From the NCBI RefSeq assembly GCF_018977255.1, contig NW_024704743.1:16556001-16620000 (forward strand): 64,000 nt of DNA, given 5' to 3'. Numbering within the stretch: the stretch's first letter is position 1; every line of letters begins with the position of its first letter. The DNA comes from Callorhinchus milii (lineage: Eukaryota). Of the stretch, positions 25,401 to 37,400 are shown piece by piece. Below the pieces are notes generated by a model. It was given only the letters and a program-made list of their open reading frames with translations. It was not told where the DNA came from and made no database searches. Made by a program: the position numbers and the translations under genes.

Positions 25401-28400
25401 GCTAACTATTCAGAGTGCTAATGACTGCATTTTCTTTCACATTCAATTCTCTCTGTCTAAAGGCAAACACTGAACTGGTGCAACCTGTAAGTATATTGCC
25501 CTTGTTTCTTTTACTTTAATATGGTCCTAAATCTAAGGCCTCTTTCCTATGGGATAGAATGATGTATTCCTAGTGGTATAATCTTTCACTTGTACATCCA
25601 TATTTATATTGTATAATTTTATGTTTCTTTTTTGGGGGGCAATTTTCCTGACCCTGATCCTGTCATCCCAAGTGTATCTTCCAGGTGGGTTACAGGATAG
25701 GGATCAGGAGCAGGATGCTTGGCTGATTACCTTCTCCCCTCTACCAATGACTCCAAGGCTAGTTATGGTACTCCAAATTACTTTCCTGGCTGAGATCAGC
25801 ACACATCTGGAAACAAATCTGTAACTTTGCAATCTCTGTGGCTTAATGTTACACTTGTTAGTGCCATTACCACTGGGTCATTGGAGGAAGCTGCTTATAC
25901 GTCCATTTTTATGAGATTATTATTTAGTTCATTTAGATAAAGTTTACGTATGTTTGCTGTTTCTGATTTATTTAGTTCTTCGTTTAATTCATTTTCTACA
26001 GCTAGGATTTCCATAATCTATTTATAACATTAAGACATGTGGGATTTCTACCACGCATTTATTTCCTATAATTTACCTTGAGCTTCTATTTTATTTACCC
26101 TTGGGAAAAACTTGTGTTGATTTATTTTGCTTTTTTTCATCTCTGCTTCTGCTATCTTTTATATCTGTCTTCACTCATTTTCTATCTAAAGCCCGACTCT
26201 TCAAAAAGTCTCTCTCTGTGTAACCTGGCCATGGAGGACAGCGCAGATACTGGCACGGCAGGGGACATTACTAACCCAAACTCTGAAGTAGCTGCCAGCC
26301 AGAACTATACAACGCAGTGGGGGTTAACGGACACTGCCGCACACAGTAACAGCGAGGAAACCACTCTAGATGGTTTTTGCGATGGAGCCCAGCCGTGTGC
26401 TCAGGAACAACTGTCTGCAGGGAGCTGTACTGACCCTTCAGCTGATAGCTTTTCGAAACCTGCAGATGAGGCTGAGGAGGAGGCACAGGGCTCAGTCAAT
26501 GCAGAGAGTTGGCAGGAGAAGCCATTAGACAAACAGGTAGACACCGAAGAAGTTGAGTGCAGGAATCTGCAGATTGAACTGTGTGCAGAACAAGAGCACA
26601 ATCCTGTACTCTCTATTGATGAGAAGGTTTTGGTGGTCCCTAATGAACATGAGGATGAAGCTGTAGAATTAGTTGAAAGTGTTACTGAGTTAGGGCAGAT
26701 AGGAAATGAATGCAATTTCAATCCCCTTGATTCAATTTACCAATCAGTGCTTGAGGTAGTGGACAACACAGGTAAGGGTTGTGAAGCAGAATCCCAGCTA
26801 GTTGAGTGCTCTGGGGGAAATGGTGCAGAAATGGAGGACATGGTCCTTAGCGAGAGCCATCAGGACAGTGGAAGCTATCACAATGATGATACTGCTGATA
26901 GTCGTGAAAAGGATAGACTCCCGTTTCAAAGTAATGACATTTTTGATGGTCAGGAGGAGGTTCTGCAGGAGGCGGAGGAAATCCCTGTTATCCATGGCGA
27001 TGAGGAAAGTCCTGATCACCAAAAGAATGAGGACATTCCTGATTATTTTGGAAATGAGGAACTTCCTGGTAGACAAGAGAAAGAGGAGATTGCTGTCCGG
27101 TCTGAATGTGACAGAAGCCTTGTCAGTTCAGATGCTGAAGCTGATGTTATCCCTCAACACACTGAGGTATACATAGCACATCAGCCTCAGCAAGAGGAAG
27201 AGAAGGAGGAGGAGGAGAGGTGCTTTGAGCCAGTGAACATAGTCAACACAAACAACACTGAAACAGAGAGTAATGTTAACACAAATGATGAAAATAGCCA
27301 ACCCAATGAACCACAATCTGACAAACCCATTGTGGACCGATTACCCACGTTTCACAGAGAAAACTGTGACAGTATTAGATTTGCCCCTCAAAGCGTGGAG
27401 TCAGACCCCTGGAGTGGAGAAAAGATTGAGATATGGCCAGACAACTGGGAGCCTACAGTTAGCAATGATGATTGGGGATTCTCCAACCTACCTGATGGCC
27501 AGACAAATGGACTTGATTGTTGGCCACCATTGCAGGAAGGACAAGGAGAGAGCAGTGACCCTAAGGGAGGTGCAAAAGGAGATTTTTGGCAAGGTTTGGA
27601 GGAGAATGTTGGCTGTTGGCCTCCACAAGATTCCGATGAATTTGGTATTCCATGGGAAGGGACTGTGCTGAGCAAGTTTGGGCAGAATCAGGAAGTACAA
27701 TTAGACCTGCAGTTACGTGGGGAGAATGAAAGCATTAGTGAGACAGAGCAAATCAAAGAGATCAATAGTCCCCAAAGTCCCTATCCAATCGAGAACATAA
27801 GCAACTCTAGCAACGAGAGTGCAACCAGCCCTAAAGATAATGAAACAAACATCTCGGATCTGTCAGAAGATGAAATTGCTAACCGGAGATACGGACTGTT
27901 ATACCAGGAACTAGATGCTGAAAGAGAAGAGGTACCTCATAAAGTGCTTAGTGTAGAAAAAAGTTCTTAGGTATGACTAAATATTATCGTAAAATAACAG
28001 CTCTCGATTCAATCTTTTCCTTCAGCTGTCTGTCTTGTTTTGTTATTGCTCCAAAAGGATATGTTATAATACAATAGCAGAACGTAATGAATGTAGTCTG
28101 TATTCCGTCTGGAATCCTACAGTGTGTGATTGTAACTTGATATTTTACTTCTTTCCACTATTTCCAGATGACTAATGCTGCCTTTAATGGATTCACACAG
28201 GTAAGATATCTTTAACTTGTAATTCAGTCTCCTTAGGTACAGAAGCTACTCCACGCTGCCAGCATAAATTTGATATACTATTTGGATGCTTCACAATTCT
28301 TCTTCTGAATCTGATCAGTCAAATTGGAAGGCACACAATAAAGCACAGAACCCTGTGAAAAATGCTTTCCTCTTCCCCTATACCTGACCATTGTTTTCTA

Positions 28401-31400
28401 ATTGCCATGCTATCAGAGATAGATTTTTTTTTGATGAACTTCATTATAATACCAGTCAAGATATGGCGCAGGTGGACTATGTACCAGTATACTTGAAGTA
28501 TAGTAATGTCTGGCTTCTGCATTCACCCACAAAACACACAGTTGCTGCATTTTGCAGTGCATCCAATGCATCCTTTGGCACATCTTTCTGATATAAAAGA
28601 GGCACCATACCAAATGTAAAGATGATTATTATTATTATTATTGGCTGATCAGCTTCCTGCACATCCTACTGTGTAACGATGTCCATTGAAAATGCATATG
28701 AAAACGGTTTTGCCAGCATGGTAGTGGTCATCTTTTTCTGTCATCTTTTTCCTGCATGGCAGTGATGTCCATGGGAAATAATTATGGTGTATCCTGTTGC
28801 GGGGACTGTTTCTTATATATATATATATATACATATATAATATATATGGAGCCAAACCAAAGCATTATAATAGTATCCTTCCGTATTTCATGGTAACCTC
28901 TTAACAACTTGTGGGTGGAATCAGTCAAGGTGACAGGAAACTGGCTTGTTCCATGATGCTTCATGTGGTGCTCTCAATCTCAACAGAGCCACCTGAGGCA
29001 GCATCTTTTGGGATTGACAGCCAGCAAACAAGGAAGATATGATAAGGTGCTATATCAAATGCAAGGATTAATGCAAGGATAGAATTGTTGGCACTGTTGT
29101 AGAAATTGCTTTGTTCTCATCAGTTACAGCTTTTTGTTCTTTGAACAAATACAGATTTTGTTTTTGTTATGGGAATCACCACTCAGTTTTGCATCCAGCC
29201 AATGCCAGGACCAAGGAGCTTATTTTACTTCATGGGACTGAAAAACCACTCCTCAGGAAAGCGGGAGTGTTATTGCTGCCTTATTGTCAGAAAAACAGTC
29301 ACTTGCAGGCTAAAGTGCATTTCCTGCAGAAATCCCCTTTATATCACTCCAACTCATGAGACTTTGACTCAGAAGGAATGTTGAGTTGGAGCCGAGGTTT
29401 TACAAGTCATCTTGGCCTACAAGGATTTTCCTGCAGAAAACACTTTATGTCTTTAAGATGCTTTTTCCAAAGGTAAAGCATCATTAGTATTAATGCTTAC
29501 CTGAGAGGAGGTTTCCAACTCCATGGTGCCTGTTAACAATGGAGACTCTAAATTATTTTACTTTCTCAGTCTGTCAATGCTTGCCAAGTGTGTTCTTGCA
29601 ATGCAGCAGTTAAGCCGTTGAAATATTATGAAGTATTACAACATTAATTGCAGGCAGCCCTGAGAGGAGAGGGAGAATTAATAGCTTTTGCAGGAAGCAT
29701 CTGACAAGGTGCATCTCACTTGAGCACGAGTGATGGGTGTTTCATTAGCATTAATATTATGGCATAGTTAAGAGCAAGAGATAATAACATGAGTTTGCTG
29801 CACATCAGCAGATCTTATAGTCATGAGTTTTGAAATGGGGACAGAAAACTTGGAGTAGTTCCAAACAAAAAGTTATCTGTATTTGCACAGCTCTACATAG
29901 TCAGTCTGTCCTTCATCTTTTTATTGCCCGCAATGGAAACAGCCTTTGTGATGGGTTGTTTGCTCACTTTAGAGTTCTTTAATGAGAATAAACAATGCAC
30001 ATGGCAGAAGGATGCCTTTGTCATACTTTGAAAGCACGTTAGAGAGAATTACATCCAAGAGAATTAAAAATGAGAATCCCTAAAAGCAAATTGGGGAAAA
30101 ATTGAAAGGAGAGGCGATAAAAATGAGAGGAGATTAAAAAAAACAAATTTAGAAAGGCGTGTGTGTGGTATGTACTTTTCAAACAGTCTTAAAAAATAAG
30201 TGTTTTTAAAAGAAAGTGTGGTACTTTGCACTTCAGATACTTTGAGTCAGTAAAGCAGTCAAGCATCAAAATTCATGGAAATCACCAATTAATGGTATAA
30301 GAATTGGATGCTTGAATATTAATAAAGGCTTTGATGCTCCAGGCGTGAATGATGTTAACGTGCTGGAAACCCATACATCTCAACTTTCAGAAGGCACTTA
30401 GCTCATGGAAAGCTTGTGACTAAAGTGAATTCTCTTGAGATAAAGAATGAAACAGTAAATGGGATAATAAATCAGCTAAATAAATGGAAACAGAGAGTGA
30501 TTGAAAGGCCTTGCACTAGAAATGGCCCCACTTGGGTAGTTCTACAACTCTATTTACTGTTCTTTGGTCAACTAGACCAAAGTCTATTATGTACGGAAAC
30601 TGCAAATTGTCCTTGCAGTCCTTAAAAGTCTCCTTTTACAGCTACGAGGAACTGTCAGAAGTAAATTCTCAGTTCTCCCTCTCAGTGAATTGCATTTCTC
30701 TCCATCTCCTGGCCAGCAATCTCCCAGATAAAATTGGTCATTCATTTCATGACTGTTGGTGGGATAGTGCTGTTTGCAAATTGCCTGCCATGTTCATGTA
30801 CAAAAATATAGTCACTATTACAGTAAATCCTGCAAAACACTATGAGACTTATCTCATTGTGTCAATCACTCAGTGCAAAGTAATCACATTTGCAGCTGAC
30901 ACCAAGTTTGTAGGGACCATGAACACAGCATCTTACAAAGAGAGTGCTCAATGAGGTATACATTTGGGCTGATCACTGGCAACCTAAGTTTAATGCAAGT
31001 AAATGAAAGGTACTACATAAATGAAGTAAAATAGCAGTTATGTGTACTCTGTGGATGGGATAGAACTTGACAACGGGAAAGTTGAACTTGACCTGGCATG
31101 TTAGTTTATTCATTGCTCACCATGTCCAAACAGAATGAGGCAGCAAAACACAAAGCAAACAGGATGCTGGGATTTATTTCCAGACCTTTTGATTTTCATC
31201 ACGATAGTCTGCCGGTGACCATTTGGGTTTCAGAGTGTATCAACCAAATTGTGGAGTTCTCAGCATTGTGTTATAAAAATGAAATGATTCCCTTAATATG
31301 CGGCAGCACAACGTTAGACCACTGACCGTTAGCATTGGTACAATCTAAGTGGTACAATCTTAAAGGGATTGAAGGAACAGTGAGACCTTCATGAACAATG

Positions 31401-34400
31401 CCAGAGTCCTTGACAGTGTGATATTGCAATTTCAGTGAGATGTTGACCACCTCCGATGCTCAGCTGCTAAACTGCACAGATGAGGACACAAACGCAAATG
31501 TTATCCGAGTTTCTATTAGGTGTGGGCCAACAGCGCTCACTGTACATAAATCCAGCACAAATGGGCATTAAATTGGCAACAAAAACAGAAGTTGCTGGGA
31601 ACCCTCAGCAAGTCAGGCAGCATTTATGGAGAAACAAAAGTGAGTCAACATTTCAGGTCCACAAATCTTCATCAGAACCGGATTCATTAAATTGGCAATC
31701 TCACATGCAGGTCGTAAGGATGAGTGGGGTGGGAAGTGGAAATATTTACCCTCGCACAATGATGGAAAGGGGAGAGAGGAGGCAGGTGGGGGAAATATAC
31801 TTCTGAGGACAGGACTAAGTTTCATTATTGGCTGCAGCAAACTTGACTTTGGTGCTATAGCTTATCATATTAATCCTGTATTTTAACACTGATATGGATG
31901 AGAACAATGGAAACATGTTCCAGAACTGGAATCGCATCAACTTCATAAGCAGTTCAACAACGCCCATTGAGACCGATTGACAATGACAGTGCTATCCAGC
32001 TCTTTAAGGGCTGAAATTCCTTTCATTCAAATAATAAGGTTGGCAGAACAGACTTGGTCGTCAGTTCCACAATCTCACTACCCTCTGAGTGAAGTAATTC
32101 CTCCTAGATCTCCTTTTACATCCCCTAGTCGCTATCGTATACTTATGTCCCCTGGTTACAGACTCCCCAACCAGTAGGAACAGCTTATTTATGCTAAACC
32201 TACCAAACCGTGAATGGCCTTGTAAGTGAGGATGAGGATCTTGAATTCGATCCTCTGGGGGATGGGGAGCCAGTGGAGGCGAGCGAGGGTGGGAGTGATG
32301 TGGTCCCGAAGCCTGGTGCGGGACAGTACACAAGCTGCAGAGTTCTGAATGACCTGCAGCTTGTGGAGGGAGGTGCTGGGAAGGCCGATGAGGAGAGAGT
32401 TCCCGTAGAAAGGTTGATGGATAGAATTTTAGCAATTGCAAGACTGTTTTTTTTTGCTGATGTGCAAACAGAACAGGATGGGTGCCAGACTCCACTGAGA
32501 TAAAGATCTTATTTAAACCTCAGGGAACTCCCAGCTTCCTATGTGAGCAGCACCAGCCTGATCTCACTAGCAACTGAAGACCTTGAATAGCCTCTAGCAA
32601 GCATTAATCAGCTGTATCTTTGCAGTAAAATTACAATGACTGTCACCATGGGCTGGGCTTGAGCAAACTAATATTACAGATATAAACCTATTACCTTGTC
32701 TGCAAGTTGACCTGGTATTTAAAAGAGAATGTAGGAGGAACTAGTTCTGTTCAACTTTCCATTCTTTGGAATACCTTTATTAGCACTGTGTCTATAGAAC
32801 TGAACAGACCTTATAGACTGCAAATAGGTGTATATAGACTGTGGCAGGGTGGGTATTTCTGGAGATCAAATGGAACGAAGGGCCCTGTTCAACCAAATCA
32901 GTCTTATGATCTTATATTCTTGTGATCTTGTCTTTGAGCCAACCAGTTTCAGATGTTTTCAGCTCATGTATTGTGGCACTGAATAAAATGACCGATATTA
33001 ACTGTAATAACACCGTAAAACGAATATCTCCTCCAAACTATGTCTGACATCAAAACCCAGGAATGTTTTGACAAGGATCCAAATGGGCTTTTCCCCTGGT
33101 AACCAGAAATATTGTAGATTTAAGTGTTGTGGAACTTGAACTCACATAGTCTAAGCTGACACTCTAATGCAGAGGTTAAACCAAGGTCTCATCTACTTAT
33201 TCAGGATGTTAAAGATCCCATGGCACTACTTGAAAAGAGAAGGGAGTTTCTCCTAGTGTCCTGGTCCTGGTCCTGTCCTGGTCATCAATCCCCCAAATAG
33301 AATTGGTCATTCCTTTCTTGGCTGTTTTTGGGTCATTATTGTGCACAATTGGGCTGTCGCGTTTGCTTACGAAATACAATCACTCCACTTTAATAATAAT
33401 AATAATAATCCTTGTATTTTGATATAGCGCTTTTCACCTCGGGAGGACGTCCCAAAGCGCTTCACAGAACACACTGTAAAGTGAATTGACTGTATATTTG
33501 TGGGCGAACGCGGCAGCCAATTGTGCACAGCAATGTCCCACAAACAGTCGTAGATTGAAAATGACCAATTTATTATTGTTTTTTGTTTTTGAAGGGATTA
33601 TTATTAGGCTCTGTGTGGAGTAAGGAAACTTGCCCAAGCTTTCGTCCTGCCTGGAATTGAACTCAGGTCTCTCGCTCGCAAAGCGAGTGCTCTAACCACT
33701 GAGCTACAGGACTCCACTTTAGAGTAAAACCTGTGAAGCACTTTGACACGTCCTCCTGATGTTAAAGGTGCTATAGCATGTGTAAGGATTATAATTATTA
33801 TAAGTACATCACAAAGACCTGAACAGACTCCTCTCTGAAAATAGATTACATCGGAGTAGGCTCCTCGCTAATTGGCGTGATGCACTCCTTATTCCCTTTT
33901 TAAAGAATCTCATTAGGAATCGTCCTGTTTTACACTGTTGACTTGTGAAATTTATAAATATTTTATGGGAGTGGCTTATAGTTATAGTGTGACTGCCCGA
34001 GAAACAATGTCTGATCTCTGCATCTCTGACAAGTTGTGTATTAAAGATTTTTTCTTCTTAGTCCTTCTCACTGACATGGGAGTCAGCTTGGGAAGTTCTG
34101 ACTGTCTAGCGCCTTGAGGCATCCTCCTGACGTGAAAGGCACGCTATCAATGTCATTTTGCTTTTGTTGTTGTTGAACCATCCTCACAATGTGAAAGGCG
34201 CTATATGACTCCAAAGCGCAGCTTGTTCAACTGAATATTAATGTGCTGCCTGACAGATGGGTTCTCAAAATCCTCCAGCTATGTACACAATGTGATTAAT
34301 TTTACTGGTGATTGCATGGATTTCTTTGACAGAATTATGGCTGTAGTGTCTCAGGTCAAATTGGAGGGCTGTTTTCTCCTGCATTTCTATCTCATTCTGT

Positions 34401-37400
34401 CTCTGATTTGTCCTTTCTCTCATTAAAGCTGGATGCTGCCACCACTGAGGTAACCCCCGAGGTGTCTAACCAGAGTGTGTTTGATACAGTGGTGAGTCAC
34501 CTTTCCTCTTCCTGCATCGCTTTTGTCTGCCTCTAATCCCACAATCCCATTGTAACACAGCTGCCTTCTCAGACTGGAAACTGCTCAGGAGCTTCAGTGC
34601 TGAGCTCTAACATAGATCAGAATATTATTTTTAATGTAGAACATCCTGTAAAAATTATATTTCTATCCTAATTCATTGCGTGCCCTACATACAGGTCATT
34701 TTACCAATATCAATGTTCTGATGTGCAACGTTATGTTATACAAAGAATTTTCTGAGTGTATAATGTTAAGAATAAGTGATGGACTAATAGACTTAATTTG
34801 ACAGAGAATGAAGAGTGTGAGCCATGTGCTACATCTCGCCTTATGCTGTATTTCTGGTAACTATAATTTATTCCTCAGTTGCATTAGATACAAGTCAGTT
34901 GTTTCCGCTTGGACACCATTACTTTAGCCACTGACCTGAAGGGAGATCACATAAAAATGTTGTGTCTTGCTGGTGTTTCTCTATTGCAAGCGTGTCAGTT
35001 CCCAGTGTACTTCAATGGCCCTATGCACACATTGTAAGTGGGGTAGTTGGGTGAGATGTTATAACGGGGTTACCCTGTATTAAGTGCTATGAAGAGGATT
35101 GATGTATAAAGACAAACCATGCAAAACTATATGATTCTCCGAGCTCCCTCTTTTTTCCATTGTGCTGGTTCACTCCACATAGCTATGTATCTATAAGCAA
35201 GACAGTCAAAAGTGAATGAGATGGGAATTGAGTACAGAGGATCCCTGCTGTAGACTGTAGTGTAGACTGGGAGCAGAACTAATATGAGGGCAATTACTCT
35301 GCACATCTTCAGAGTGGATCGTTGTGAAACATGCTATTTGCTCATATCCTCCCGGGTATCCTTTTCCTTTCTATAAATTCCATCCCAAACTAGACGAGGT
35401 GTAGCACAATAATGAACTATGGGAATTAGAGGTTTCATTGTTTCAAGCTCATATGCTTCCTTGTAGAGGATTGATGTCTTCCTTTAATGGAGTTTCCACC
35501 AGAACTTAGGAAATGTTACAGGTTTGTAATAATGAGGTTCCACTGCACTTATTTTGTGTCCCTGTGTTGGGTCCCTATTATTGGTTTAAAAGGGAAAAAA
35601 ATTATAGAATTTTGCAGCACAGAAGGAGGCTCTTCGAACCTGTGCCAGCTCTTTGAAAGAGTTATCCAACTAGTCCCACTCCCCCGCTCTTTTCCCATAG
35701 CCTTGCAAATTTTTCCTTTTAAATTAAATTTTAACTTAAATACATTAATAAATACCAGACGGGTTTCTGTACAATAATGAACATTGACAGAGATCCTGAG
35801 ATTTTACAGGGAAAGATCAGCATTCTATAACTACCCCCTCAACTCGTCCCTTATGTCTGCTCTTGATAGATAAGATACCGATTTGGTCACTAAGTAACAG
35901 CGAAAAACTGGTACTGAATGTATTCTTTAATGAAAGGCTTCTCTCTGCTGGCCTCATAGAACTGATCTTCACTCAATATCTGCTGTCAAAAAATAACCTG
36001 CAGACAATCTGGGTTCAGTGTGTTCTAATTCAGCAAACATTGGCCTGCTTCACATCCCTCGCCCGCTCTGCTCCACTATAGGTGGGCAAGCATTCAGCCA
36101 CTCTGCCCCCACTCTCTGAGTCCTGTAGCTCAGTGGTTAGAGCACTCGCTTTGCAAGTGAGAGACCTGAGTTCAATTCCAGGCAGAGGGCGAAACCTTGG
36201 GCAAGTTTCCTTACTCCACACGCCTAATAATAATCCCTCCAAAAAAACAAAACAATAATAAATTGGTCATTTTCAATCCATATGACTGTTTGTGGGACAT
36301 TGCTGTGCGCAATTGGCTGCCGCGTTCGCCCACAAATATACAGTCAATTCACTTTACAGTGTGTTCTGTGAAGCGCTTTGGGACGTCCTCCCGACGTGAA
36401 AAGCGTTATATCAAATGCAAGGATTATTATTATTATATTATTAATATCTCCACCTTACCCCCTTCCTCTTTCAAAACCTGCCTTCAGACCGATCTGTGTG
36501 TTTGGTCACCTATCCCCTTGCTTCCTCCACCACCATCAACAGCTCAAGCTCCCAATCAGTGTGTGAAGCATTTTGAGATACCCTCTTGATGTGAAAGCCG
36601 CTATATAAATTGCTCTGCTGTTGTTGAACATAAATTTAGTGGAGACAAAATAAACTTGCTGTAATAGAGTGAATGAGTGAACTGGGGGCAGTATCACTAC
36701 TATTCCCCCACCACAACCACCCACATTGGCTTCAACTTTTATTGTCGCTAACTAGACTACCATACCATGCATAAAGTGCTAACATGATTACCTTCCCTCC
36801 CACTCTCAAAAGATCAACCCAGAGCCCACTCCTGCAGAAGAACCCAAGGCCCCCGAGCCACATCCAGAGAAGCCGCAGGATGTTCTTCCTGCTGAGCCCA
36901 GTGTACCAGCGGAGGAAGTGGTGGTTGTGGTGAGTCCTGTTATACTATGCACACTCATTCACCCTTCACAGCTCACTAGCATCATTGAGGGGTCGCTTTT
37001 CTGGGGGTAATAATTCCTTCAAACAAATATAATAAGAAGAATTTGGTCACTCAATCAATGACTGTTTGTGGGACACTACGGTGTGCAATTAGCTGCCGTG
37101 TTTCGGCCACAAAATATACAGTCAATTCACTTTACAGTGTATTCTGTGAAGTGCTTTGAGACATCTCAAAGACTTGATAAGGCGCTATATCAAATGCGAA
37201 GATTATTATTGTTATAATTACCTACCATCTATACACTTCATCCCTCGACTGTTAGCAGCTTATAGTTCCAGTCAATCTTAGAGACCAGTTTTCTGTTCTT
37301 TCTATTCTATTTTTTTACACTCATTTGAGTTTCTGACACATGTGGAAAGCCATCACCATTCTCAAGAGTATCTAAACCAAACTGAGAATTCCATGCATCC

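Noticed and set aside
26078..27970. 630-aa ORF as a standalone gene
   Set aside because: Its N-terminus is a translated pyrimidine tract and in-phase splice sites place the core within AMPH.
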